From Eledone cirrhosa (taxonomy: Eukaryota): a stretch of 64,000 bases of DNA. A program made the translations under genes and the position numbers. Positions 52,385 to 64,000 of the stretch are shown piece after piece. Numbering within the stretch: position 1 is the stretch's first letter; each line of letters starts with the position of its first letter. The notes below the pieces were generated by a model. That model was given only the letters and a program-made list of their open reading frames with translations, had not been told where the DNA came from and ran no database searches. The stretch lies in the NCBI GenBank assembly GCA_964016885.1, contig OZ024765.1:5890001-5954000 (forward strand). Reading direction: 5' to 3'.

Positions 52385-53405
52385 CCTACACGGCCACATT
52401 ACAGCGTGGACTGTGTGTTTTTTGTCATGACACCTACACGGCCACATTACAGCGTGGACTGTGTGTTTTTTGTCATGACACCTACACGGCCACATTACAG
52501 CGTGGACTGTGTGTTTTTTGTCATGACACCTACACGGCCACATTACAGCGTGGACTGTGTGTTTTTTGTCATGACACCTACACGGCCACATTACAGCGTG
52601 GACTGTGTGTTTTTTGTCATGACACCTACACGGCCACATTACAGCGTGGACTGTGTGTTTTTTGTCATGACACCTACACGGCCACATTACAGCGTGGACT
52701 GTGTGTTTTTTGTCATGACACCTACACGGCCACATTACAGCGTGGACTGTGTGTTTTTTGTCATGACACCTACACGGCCACATTACAGCGTGGACTGTGT
52801 GTTTTTTGTCATGACACCTACACGGCCACATTACAGCGTGGACTGTGTGTTTTTTGTCATGACACCTACACGGCCACATTACAGCGTGGACTGTGTGTTT
52901 TTTGTCATGACACCTACACGGCCACATTACAGCGTGGACTGTGTGTTTTTTGTCATGACACCTACACGGCCACATTACAGCGTGGACTGTGTCTTTTTTG
53001 CCATGACACCTACACGGCCACATTACAGCGTGGACTGTGTGTTTTTTGTCATGACACCTACACGACCTCATTACAGCGTGGACTGTGTGTTTTTTGTCAT
53101 GACACCTACACGGCCACATTACAGCGTGGACTGTGTGTTTTTTGTCATGACACCTACACGGCCACATTACAGCGTGGACTGTGTGTTTTTTGTCATGACA
53201 CCTACACGGCCACATTACAGCGTGGACTGTGTGTTTTTTGTCATGACACCTACACGGCCACATTACAGCGTGGACTGTGTGTTTTTTGTCATGACACCTA
53301 CACGGCCACATTACAGCGTGGACTGTGTGTTTTTTGTCATGACACCTACACGGCCACATTACAGCGTGGACTGTGTGTTTTTTGTCATGACACCTACACG
53401 ACCTC
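52385..53405. repeat. 48-bp SINE-derived tandem array, ~21 copies; sibling arrays at 22150-22790, 26000-26660, 33070-33540, 42895-43210, 46620-47520, 57295-57780, 61470-61975 and 63205-64000
   Basis: Unit GTGGACTGTGTGTTTTTTGTCATGACACCTACACGGCCACATTACAGC, continuous with a SINE tail. Confidence 0.95.
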
Positions 53406-53552
53406 ATTTATTTAGGACTGATATATATATATAATGGAAAAAACGAGGACGTTTCGTTTACATATGAAAAATATTTATTGAGTATTGACCTGTTTCGCAG
53501 CTAAATCTATACAGGTTTGAACTGTAACAACCAACATTTCATTTCATTTCAG

Positions 53553-53673
53553 ACTCCGTGAAATACCTTGTTGCCACCCATGCTGCATCATTACTGGTCT
53601 ACCAAGATGTTGAGCTTCTGTGGGCAGCCAAAATGGACCACACCCCAGTTCACATCTGTACAGGGTCATTTCA
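53553..53673 (+). CDS. BBS9: BBS9 coding exon 9 (SVKYLVATHAASLLVYQDVELLWAAKMDHTPVHICTGSFQ)
   Basis: L.VYQDV.L.WA motif; 121 nt. Confidence 0.95.
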
Positions 53674-53745
53674 GTAAGTAAACCTTCCTCTTATAATTAG
53701 TTCTGTGAAGGAACAACTTATGTATTTGTGAGTAAATAACAATTA

Positions 53746-53777
<32 letters not shown>

Positions 53778-53925
53778 ACGTCCACTTTTCCCTGCTTGCA
53801 AGGTTGGGACGGGTCTTATTAAGCACGGCATCTCTCCATTTGTTATGGTCCTTTGTCATCTCCTCCGTGAGCTTCAGTGATCTGAGGTCTGCTCTCACCA
53901 CCTCCACCCATGTTTTTCGTGGTCT

Positions 53926-54700
53926 TATTATTATTATTATTCTTTGAGTCTCAGTCATTGATGTTATTTAACTGGAAAGTTTGTTCAAATGAATATCAAG
54001 CCACTACCTGCAGCCTCAGACATTCAGGGCGTATCGGAGGGTTCTTGCTGTTCCCAGCAAGCATGCCTTTTGAGGTGTTCCAAAAAAGGGGGCTGGACTA
54101 ATGTTCTTTAACCATCCTTGAAAAGTCGTTGAGATAGTACCTAGTGCTCCTATGAGAACCGTGACAGTCCCAAATCCTTTTTAACTCCCACTTTAAATCC
54201 TGGTATCGGTTAATATTCTCCCTCTCCTTTTCTTGCACTCTCGTATCAAAGGGGCAGACTACATCTACAATCAGGCACAATCTTTTTTTCCTTGTCAAAA
54301 ACCACCAGGTCAGACCTATTGTGGTCTAATTTCTTGTTCGTCTGTATCCTGAAATCCCACACCACCTTCACTTGATTGTTTTCTATCCCTTACTCTGGCT
54401 TATGCTCATACCACTTCTCTGAATGTGGTAAATTGTTTAGTTTGCATAGGTGCCAGTGGATCACCCTGCCCATCACATCATGTCGCCAGCCTTTATAGTG
54501 AGTCTGGGCTAGGTGTTTACACTGGGATACGATGTGAGCCACAGTCTCCTCTCTCTCTCTCCACAGATCCTACACAGTGAGCTAGCTTCCTCCTTGTCAA
54601 TATGGTGTTTCACCCACTTCGTTCCGAGGGCTTGATCTTGTGCAGCCATTAACATTCCTTCTGTTGCTTTTCTAAGGTCTCCTCTTTTTAACCAGGTCCA
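53926..54700 (-). mobile_element. R4/Dong-like non-LTR fragment, second copy
   Basis: TEGMLMAAQDQAL, CRIC..H zinc knuckle, RHD motif and REL domain; near-identical 3' end to 6445-7007; ends in (TAA)n. Confidence 0.8.
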
Positions 54701-55566
54701 TGTTGTGAGTTTGATTCTCGTACCGGGTGATACGTTGTGTCCTTGAGCAAGATACTTTATTTCATGTTGCTCCAGTTTTAAAAATATAATAATAATAATA
54801 ATGAAATTATTGTGTACAGTGCTCAGGTGCACTACAATTCATCAAAGGTGCATGTATAGTACAAATAATATACTAGTCTAGTACTGGGGTTGATTCTTTC
54901 TCTCTCGGGAAGAAATATGCTGTACTCAGGCCTGGAGAGTGATGGGCTCTGCTTGGCTCAAAATGCCTAAGATGCTGTATGTCAATATGGCCCCCCCTAC
55001 GACTCTATCAGGAGTTACGGGATCATACATACATATATATATATGTACATGGTAAGAGTCGGGTCCTTAAGATTCAAATACCAGAGAAACCTATGAGATA
55101 GGTTCAACCTGGCAGCAAGCCAGCTAAACCTTAATAAGTATGTATGTACGAGCTGTAAATCATCATCATCTTCATCATTTAACATCCTCTTTTCCCTGCT
55201 TGCAAGGGTGGACAGGTCCTATTCAGCACAGCATCTCTCCATTCGTCATGGTCCTTCATCATCATCTCAGTGAGCTTCAGCAATCTCAGGTCAGCTTTCA
55301 CCACCTCTGTCCATGTTTTTCATGGTCTTCCTTCTACTGGGATTTCTTGGCACTTCTTTACCCAGCAGTCATCCTCCATGTGCATCACATGTCCATACCA
55401 TCGCAGTCTTCTCTCCCGCACACTACAGTTTTTCCCTCTTATACACAGTTTCTTTCTCTCAACTCATCTATGCTTGGTCGTTCACGCACATTGACATTGC
55501 ATATCCAACAAAGCATGCTTGCTTCATTTCTCTCATTATAATATAATTTAATTTCTTCCTGTGTAG

Positions 55567-55748
55567 GGGTATCAAAGGATTTGTTGTTAGCCTGACAGAG
55601 AATGGTTACCTACAGGTTTCCTATCTGGGTAGTGACCCAGACCTGTTCACTCCTCCAAAGGTTGATTCTCGAGATGTACGTTATGATGACATTGACAAAG
55701 AGATAAACACGCTGAACAAAAAGATCCGACAGTTATCTCTCGGCACTG
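55567..55748 (+). CDS. BBS9: BBS9 coding exon 10 (GIKGFVVSLTENGYLQVSYLGSDPDLFTPPKVDSRDVRYDDIDKEI...)
   Basis: G.LQ.SYLG.DP..F..P.V.SR motif; 182 nt. Confidence 0.96.
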
Positions 55749-55930
55749 GTAAATAATGTCTTTATTTTGGAGGGTTTGTCTTATATATAAATATATCATC
55801 ATCATCGTTTAATGTTTATTTTAGGGATTGTCTTACAGAGTGCCCCCCAAATGTATACACACTTTGATTATCTGTACAGGCAATATTTATTAAATGCTGT
55901 TGAAGTGTACATAGATTTTTGGGGGACACC

Positions 55931-55965
<35 letters not shown>

Positions 55966-56626
55966 CCTCATCAACATCATTTAAAGTTTATTTTAGGGAT
56001 TGTCTTGTATATAAATATATCATTTAGCATTAACAGCATATCCGGCCAGAATTCTCTCACCTTTTTCTATTTAAACTAGCTGTAACCGGCTGTTCATACT
56101 GATGTTAAGGTATTGTTCTCAAATTAAATAATACCAAAATCTCATAGATTCAATATTAGGTGAGATATTATGTGAGGTAAAGCCTTTACTGTGAAAATAC
56201 AATAGTATATATAGAGTAATGTAAATGTTATGTGAGATATTATGTGAGGTAAAGCCTTTACCGTGAAAATACAATAGTATATATAGAGTAATGTAAATGT
56301 TATGTGAGATATTATGTGAGGTAAAGCCTTTACCGTGAAAATACAATAGTATATATAGAGTAATGTAAATGTTATGTGAGATATTATGTGAGGTAAAGCC
56401 TTTACCGTGAAAATACAATAGTATATATAGAGTAATGTAAATGTTATGTGAGATATTATGTGAGGTAAAGCCTTTACCGTGAAAATACAATAGTATATAT
56501 AGAGTAATGTAAATGTTATGTGAGATATTATGTGAGGTAAAGACTTTACTGTGAATATACAATAGTATATATAGAGTAATGTAAATGTTATGTGAGATAT
56601 TATGTGAGGTAAAGACTTTACTGTGA

Positions 56627-56984
56627 AAAGGGCGTCTGTGGTACTTTTACCCGACACAAACCCAAACTGCATTTCATCTAGATCAATTCTCTCTCTGATT
56701 AGTTTCACTATAATTTTTTCTGTGACCTTCATGACCTGGTCAATTAATTTAATGCCTCTATAGTTTCCCCTTTCTAGGGCATCTCCTTTACCCTTGTAGC
56801 AGTTAATGATCATGCTGCTGCTACGCCAGTCTTTTGGTACGACCCCATTCTGTATGACTTGGTTTACTATCCAGGTGACCATAGTGTGTCCCACCATTCC
56901 AGCAACTATCTCCGAAGGCCCAGTTGCCTTGCCCGTCTTCATATCTTTGATTGCCTTACTTATTATACTACCCGCAACTTGCAC
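56627..56984 (-). mobile_element. RTE LINE reverse-transcriptase fragment
   Basis: MKTGKATGP...PKDWR...YKGKGD....NYRGIKL...QFGF..GKSTTDA. Confidence 0.85.
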
Positions 56985-57092
56985 TTATATATAAATATAT
57001 ATATATCATCATCATCATTTAATGTTTATTTATATATACACATTAATACCAGTTCCAATACTCTCTCTCTCTCTCTGACCCCTACAATGTAG

Positions 57093-57172
57093 ATATAATT
57101 GTTCCACAACTAAAAGAGACAGAAGAACTCAGTGTTGTAGCTGAATTCCTACCAGAACTACAAACCAGAAAG
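57093..57172 (+). CDS. BBS9: BBS9 coding exon 11 (DIIVPQLKETEELSVVAEFLPELQTRK)
   Basis: Canonical sites, open frame, phase 1 to 0 matches neighbours; low-conservation linker region. Confidence 0.8.
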
Positions 57173-57964
57173 GTAAGCAGGCTCTATCATCATCATCATC
57201 ATTTTACCTCCGCTTTTCCCTGCTTTCAAGGGTGCGATGGGAACTGATTCTGGCTTGATTTCTACGGCTGGATGCCCTTCCTAACACCAACCTCATTTAC
57301 AGTGTGGACTGGGAACTTTTTACCGTGTTACCTATACGACCACATTACAGTGTGGACTGGGAACTTTTTACCGTGTTACCTACACGACCACATTACAGCG
57401 TGGACTGGGAACTTTTTACCGTGTTACCTACACGACCACATTACAGCATGGACTGGGAACTTTTTACCGTGTTACCTACACGACCACATTACAGCGTGGA
57501 CTGGGAACTTTTTACCGTGTTACCTACACGACCACATTACAGCGTGGACTGGGAACGTTTTACCGTGTTACCTACACGACCACATTACAGCATGGACTGG
57601 GAACTTTTTACCGTGTTACCTACACGACCACATTACAGCGTGGACTGGGAACTTTTCGTGTTACCTACACAACCACATTACAGCGTGGACTGGGTGCTTT
57701 TTACCGTGTTACCTACTCGACCACATTACAGCGTGGACTGGGGGCTTTTTGTCGTGACACCTACACGACCATTTTAGTGTGGACTAGATGGTCTGTGGTA
57801 CCAACATAACTTTACAGGGAAAGGGTGGTCTTGGTGGGAGTGGGAGGATGGAGTAGGGGTAGTGCGTTGGGGTGTTTGGAGGGCCTACTGACTGTAGGTT
57901 AACTTTGCACATAGGGAAGGCGGTTCACGACTATATATCTCTACCCATCTACTTATACATCTAT

Positions 57965-58868
57965 CCATATGCTCACGGCCCTCTGGCAAGCGGATCCGAC
58001 AATCAGTGGAGACTCAACCTCAACATTCTATAAAGGGTTGGTGCGCAGCAAGAACGACGACACTCTCGGAGAGGCTCTGGGCATGGAGGAAGACGAGCTA
58101 GCCAGTCTGTTCGGTAGGACGTTTGGCCCGGGACCGATTAGACAACTTCCAAAAGTCCCTGGCCTGGCAGTGCTACCGAGGAGCTCTACCCGTTCGGGTC
58201 TAGCTCTACAGACACCGGCGCCCGGGTAGGGACCCCTCGAAGAAGATCTGTCCGAGATGCGTGCATGACGAGGAAACCGTCGCGCATGCATTCGTACACT
58301 GCCCGGGCGTTGCTGACCTGTGGGGCTATATGGAACGACTACTGTCGCGGGTGGGACCAATCCGGTTGACCACCGAGTACATTGTCACGATCAAACCGCC
58401 ACCCCCCTTCAAAAACGAAGGAGAGGCGGTTTTCCTTTGTGTGATAGGTTGTATGGTGGACGAGGTTAAAAAGGCTGAGGTCAGACACCTTTCTCTCCGG
58501 CCAACAACTGATTCTTTTTTTCAAATACCACTTTGGAAGGAGAGAGAGGTACTGTACCCCAGCAAGTTTTATGAAAGGTGGGTGAAAGTGGCGAGAATGG
58601 CCTGAGTGAATGGGCCTTCTCTCTATATCAGCCTGTAGGTGAGAGGAGAGGAAGGAGGAGAGGAAGGGAGCACCCGCTCTTTGTACTCCTGAGGAGGAGG
58701 GTTGCACATTTTTTGGGGGTGTGTGTGTGCGACCCACATCAACGCCCCCTCCCTATTGAGGACTTTGATTGTTGTATGTTTTTACACGTCCTTTGAAATG
58801 TATGTAACCCCCCCTCCCCTTGTATTTGTCCCAATCTTTGATGCCCTGGTGGCAAATAAATAGAAAGT
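57965..58868 (+). mobile_element. Tx1/L1-like LINE 3' fragment (zf-RVT region), frameshifted
   Basis: KSLAWQCYRGALPVR...CPRC..DEETVAHAFVHC; GC-rich island ending in AATAAA. Confidence 0.75.
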
Positions 58869-59332
58869 TATCTATCAATCCACCCACACATCTATCTCTC
58901 TATCCCTTTATCCACCCACACATCTATCTATCTATCCCTCTATCTACCCACACATCTATCTATCTGTCCCTCTATCCACCCACACATCTATCTATCTGTC
59001 CCTCTATCCACCCACACATCTATCTATCTGTCCCTCTATCCACCCACACATCTATCTCTCTATCCCTCTATCCACCCACACATCTATCTATCTATCCCTC
59101 TATCCACCCACACATCTATCTCTCTATCCACCCACACATCTATCTATCTATCCCTCTATCCACCCACACATCTATCTATCTATCCCTCTATCCACCCACA
59201 CATCTATCTATCTATCTATCCCTCTATCCACCCACACATCTATCTATCTGTCTGTCCCTCCACCCACACATCTATCTATCTGTCCCTCCACCCACACATC
59301 TATCTATCTACCCTCACTTCTCTCTATTACAG

Positions 59333-59389
59333 ATCGGTAATCAAGCTGATTATGAGGAAGAACAAGAGGTACCCTGTGCCTCATTAAAG
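59333..59389 (+). CDS. BBS9: BBS9 coding exon 12 (IGNQADYEEEQEVPCASLK)
   Basis: ctattacag/GTAATT; 57 nt, phase 0 to 0. Confidence 0.8.
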
Positions 59390-60193
59390 GTAATTCTTCC
59401 ATATTTATAGAAAGTTCATCTTTCTTTTTACCAAGTCTTTTTATTATCAGGGGCTCAGTCTATTTTTCTGACAATCAACATAGTCCATAGTGGTGTTTGC
59501 TAGATGAAGACTGTGCTGAAGCCTGCCGTATGTGTGTGTGTTTGTGTATATCTACCAACCTACCTGTATATTCAGAGTTACTGCTCTCCTAGACAGGTTG
59601 CCTTCACTGCAAATTTGTTGCACCTTTGAAGAAATTTTCAAAATTATTTGAAAACCATAGGCAGTGTCTTTAATTAGAAATATAGTAATGAAAGGGTTAA
59701 TGACAGAGGCAGTGTCTTTCATTAAAAATATGGTAATGAAAGGGTTAATGACAGAGGCAGTGTCTTTCATTAAAAATATGGTAATGAAAATGTTAAAGTG
59801 TTTTTAATACCTTCCATTATGATTTTATGTCAGAACCTTTGTTAAGTTGTGTTCCATAGTTAGTGTCTTTCATTAGAAATATGTTAATGAAAGGGTTAAA
59901 GACATAGACAGTGTCTTTCATTAGAAATATGGTAATGAAAGGGTTAAAGACATAGACAGTGTCTTTCATTAGAAATATGTTAATGAAAGGGTTAAAGACA
60001 TAGACAGTGTCTTTCATTAGAAATATGGTAATGAAAGGGTTAAAGACATAGACAGTGTCTTTCATTAGAAATATGGTAATGAAAGGGTTAAAGTGTATAT
60101 ATTTATTTAAATACCTTCCATTATGATGTTATGTAAGAACTGTTGTTAAGTTATGTTCCATGGTAAATAAACAGTTATCTGCTAACATTATAG

Positions 60194-60296
60194 GTTGTGT
60201 TCAAGAGTAAAACTGTTCTGGAGAATCTCAACTGCAATATCTACCTTGGAAACCATATTTCTGCAGAAAGACAAGAATTTCACATTAACAAACTTG
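60194..60296 (+). CDS. BBS9: BBS9 coding exon 13 (VVFKSKTVLENLNCNIYLGNHISAERQEFHINKL)
   Basis: ctaac branch-like motif, tag/GTAAG; 103 nt, phase 0 to 1. Confidence 0.85.
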
Positions 60297-62581
60297 GTAA
60301 GTTTATAGTTTATTAACATACTGTATAACTATTATGTAGGCAGAAAACTGGCAGTCATTAGAGCGTTGGATAGAATGTTTTGTCGTATTTATCTCATCAT
60401 TCTGCTCACTGAGTTCAAATCCTGTTCAAGTCAACTTTGCCTTTCATCCATTAATGGTCGATAAAAAAAGTATCAGTCAAAGTACTGGGGTCAATTCTTC
60501 TTCTATATCTCTTTCTCATATCCTTTCTCTCACTTTCTCTATCCTTCTTTGCAAGAAATTTACTGTATTCAGACCTGGAGAGGAGATGGACTCCACCAGG
60601 CTTGTGTAAATTATATTTATATACAATATTTGTATGAGTGTATATATATTTGTGTGTGTATATGTGTGTTTGTGTAAATTATATTTATATATATTTGTTT
60701 GAGTGTATATGTGTTTGTGTGTGGGTATATATGGGTGTTTGTGTAAATTATATTTATATACAATATTTGTATGAGTGTATATATATTTGTGTGTGTATAT
60801 GTGTGTTTGTGTAAATTATATTTATATATATTTGTTTGAGTGTATATGTGTTTGTGTGTGGGTATATATGGGTGTTTGTGTAAATTATATTTATATACAA
60901 TATTTGTGTGAGTGTATATATATTTGTGTGTGTATATGTGTGTTTGTGTAAATTATATTTATATATATTTGTTTGAGTGTATATGTGTTTGTGTGTGTAT
61001 ATATGGGTGTTTGTGTAAATTATATTTATATATAATATTTGAATGAGTGTATATATATTTGTGTGTGTATATGTGTGTTTGTGTAAATTATATTTATATA
61101 TATTTGTTTGAGTGTATATGTGTTTGTGTGTGTATATATGGGTGTTTGTGTAAATTATATTTATATACAATATTTGTGTGAGTGTATATATATTTAGAAA
61201 GATAACATAGACAATAGAATTACAAACACACACAAATCTACACATACATATATATATATAAACAGACACACTTAAAAAAATAGTTATTACATACACACAC
61301 ATCTATGTGATGACTGAAGAAGGGGGGGTGAGAAACTATAGAAGTCTATGATACATCACAGCTGTATGTTTGTATGTTTGTGTCACTTGTATGAGTGAGC
61401 GTGAATGAACCAACCAACAAACAAACAAACAAACATCTCTTTTTTATATTGTTGGTACCACAGAACACCCAGTCCACACTGTAAAGTGGTCGTATAGGAG
61501 ATACAGTAAAAAGGCTCCCAGTCCACACTGTAAAGTGGTCATATAGGAGATACAGTAAAAAGGCTCCCAGTCCACACTGTAAAGTGGTCGTATAGGAGAC
61601 ACAGTAAAAAGGCTCCCAGTCCACACTGTAAAGTGGTCGTATAGGAGATACAGTAAAAAGGCTCCCAGTCCTCACTGTAAAGTGGTCGTATAGGAGATAC
61701 AGTAAAAAGGCTCCCAGTCCTCACTGTAAAGTGGTCGTATAGGAGACACAGTAAAAAGGCTCCCAGTCCACACTGTAAAGTGGTCGTATAGGAGATACAG
61801 TAAAAAGGCTCCCAGTCCTCACTGTAAAGTGGTCGTATAGGAGACACAGTAAAAAGGCTCCCAGTCCACACTGTAAAGTGGTCGTATAGGAGACACAGTA
61901 AAAAGGCTCCCAGTCCACACTGTAAAGTGGTCGTATAGGAGATACAGTAAAAAGGCTCCCAGTCCAAACTGTAAATGTGGTTGGTGTTAGGAGGGGCATC
62001 CAGTCGTAGAAAACCTTCCAGATACAGTTGTTCTGTAAGAGCGAGACAGACACAGTGACCCGATCAATCTTGCCTCAAGTGGGACAATCCCTGTCTAACC
62101 CATGTTAGCATGGAAGATAGACGTTAAACGATGATGATGATGATATATATCACAATTAGCCGTCGTTTTTTATGGCACAGGGCCAGCTATTCATCATCAT
62201 CATCATCATTTTACGTCCGCTTTTTCCCTGTTTGCAAGGGTGGGACGGGAACTGATTCTGGCTTGATTTCTACAGCTGGATGCCCTTCCTAACACCAACC
62301 TCATTTACAGTGAGTGCTGGGTGCTTTTTTGCCGTGGTGCCTACACGTCCACTTTGCAGTGAGTGCTGGGTGCTTTTTTGCCGTGGCACCTCCACGACCA
62401 CTTTGCAGTGGAATGATAGGGACCCCAGTTCCTATCATCTCATTTCTACAGCTGAGTAAACTGGAGCAATGTGGAATAAAGTGTCTTGCTCAAGGAAACA
62501 ACACATCACCACGCCTGAGAATTGAACTCACAACCTTTCGATTGCAAGGTCAATGCTCTAACCACTATGTATATATGTATG

Positions 62582-62618
<37 letters not shown>

Positions 62619-62841
62619 ATATATATATGTATGTATGTATATATATGTATGTATGTATGTATGTATATACACATCACCCGGTCTGAGAATTGAACTCACA
62701 AATTTACTGTATTCGATTGCAAGGCCAATGCTCTAACCACTAAGCCATGTGCCTCCTATTGATGATAATAATTATTGTGTTGTTGTTATTGTTGTTGTTG
62801 TTGTTGTTTCAATAGTTGCTATCTATTGTTCTCCTTCACAG

Positions 62842-62949
62842 AACCAAATCGACCCCATGAAACTATCACGTGTGTGTTCCCCTCATCCCTGGAGCTACCA
62901 ACCAGTCTTGCTTTCCAGGTGTGCACCAGCTACCTAAGACCATCTTCAG
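62842..62949 (+). CDS. BBS9: BBS9 coding exon 14 (EPNRPHETITCVFPSSLELPTSLAFQVCTSYLRPSSG); gene continues beyond the right edge
   Basis: ctccttcacag/GTAAG; 108 nt; open in the expected phase. Confidence 0.85.
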
Positions 62950-62977
62950 GTAAGAGACATTTGATCACCTGACTTCC

Positions 62978-63009
<32 letters not shown>

Positions 63010-64000
63010 TGGCTGTAATCGTTAGAGCGTTGGACAAAATGCTTTGCGGCATAGAGTTACGGCCCTTTACGTTCTGAGTTCAAATCCCGCTGAGGTTAGC
63101 TTTGCCTTTTTATCGTTACAGGGTTGATAAAATAAAGTACCAGTTATGCACTGAGGTCAATGTAATCGACTTTCCCTTCTCCCCCCAAAAAAATTGCTGG
63201 CCTCTACAGAGTGAACTGGGTGTATTTTGTCTTGGCACCAGATCTACCACTTTACAGAGTGAACTGGGTGTATTTTGTCTTGGCACCAGATCTACCACTT
63301 TACAGAGTGAACTGGGTGTATTTTGTCTTGGCACCAGATCTACCACTTTACAGAGTGAACTGGGTGTATTTTGTCTTGGCACCAGATCTACTTTACAGAG
63401 TGAACTGGGTGTATTTTGTCTTAGCACCAGATCTACCACTTTACAGAGTGAACTGGGTGTATTTTGTCTTGGTACCAGATCGACCACTTTACAGAGTGAA
63501 CTGGGTGTATTTTGTCTTGGCACCAGATCGACCACTTTACAGAGTGAACTGGGTGTATTTTGTCTTAGCACCAGATCTACTACTTTACAGAGTGAACTGG
63601 GTGTATTTTGTCTTAGCACCAGATCTACTACTTTACAGAGTGAACTGGGTGTATTTTGTCTTAGCACCAGATCTATTACTTTACAGAGTGAACTGGGTGT
63701 ATTTTGTCTTGGCACCAGATCTACTACCTTACAGAGTGAACTGGGTGTATTTTGTCTTGGCACCAGATCTACTACTTTACAGAGTGAACTGGGTGTATTT
63801 TGTCTTGGCACCAGATCTACTACTTTACAGAGTGAACTGGGTGTATTTTGTCTTGGCACCAGATCTACCACTTTACAGAGTGAACTGGGTGTATTTTGTC
63901 TTGGCACCAGATCTACCACTTTACAGAGTGAACTGGGTGTATTTTGTCTTGGCACCAGATCTACCACTTTACAGAGTGAACTGGGTGTATTTTGTCTTGG

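Larger units (their letters stand above)
58870..61195. repeat. Cluster of minisatellites (~33-bp at 58870-59310, 48-bp at 59660-60100, 135-bp at 60600-61195) around BBS9 exons 12-13
   Basis: Direct inspection and ORF periodicities. Confidence 0.85.

Noticed and set aside
52358-53434. Long 358/341-aa ORFs and similar ORFs at 22185, 57272, 63116, 16686 and 5209
   Set aside because: They are translations of tandem repeats whose unit lacks stops; they are intronic and have no domain or splice support.
53440-53520. Hammerhead half-motif GAAACAGGTC on the - strand
   Set aside because: No CUGANGA box was found upstream.
56142-56984. 280-aa RT-repeat fusion ORF as a novel protein
   Set aside because: Chance in-frame junction of a truncated RTE RT fragment with the 72-bp MITE array; the catalytic YADD region is absent.
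1-64000. A novel prokaryote-style multi-gene system
   Set aside because: The coding content I could identify is explained by two conserved spliced eukaryotic genes and decayed transposons.

Overview
Eukaryotic, AT-rich, repeat-dense genomic DNA. The SINE/LINE repertoire looks like an octopod cephalopod; this is an inference, not a database result. Two multi-exon genes lie head-to-head about 1.8 kb apart. On the - strand is ERp44 (ER thioredoxin/PDI-family chaperone with a CRFS motif): 11 coding exons reconstructed in frame from 38996 down to 193, a ~22 kb first intron, and the 3' end off the left edge. On the + strand is BBS9/PTHB1 (BBSome subunit): a probable non-coding exon 1 with an RFX X-box, 14 coding exons from 41570 to 62949, and the 3' end off the right edge. 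Nearly all listed six-frame ORFs are artefacts of micro/minisatellites or decayed retroelements. The introns contain tRNA-derived SINEs, RTE, R4/Dong-like, CRE-like and Tx1/L1-like LINE fragments, Helitron-, piggyBac- and mariner-type non-autonomous elements, Penelope-type repeats carrying minimal hammerhead ribozyme motifs, and many tandem arrays grown from pieces of these elements. The most notable observations are tandemly amplified decoy splice acceptors in front of two exons, a LINE target-site duplication that copied half an exon plus its donor, hammerhead motifs, and a 48-bp SINE module expanded independently at about nine loci. I see no convincing new multi-gene system.
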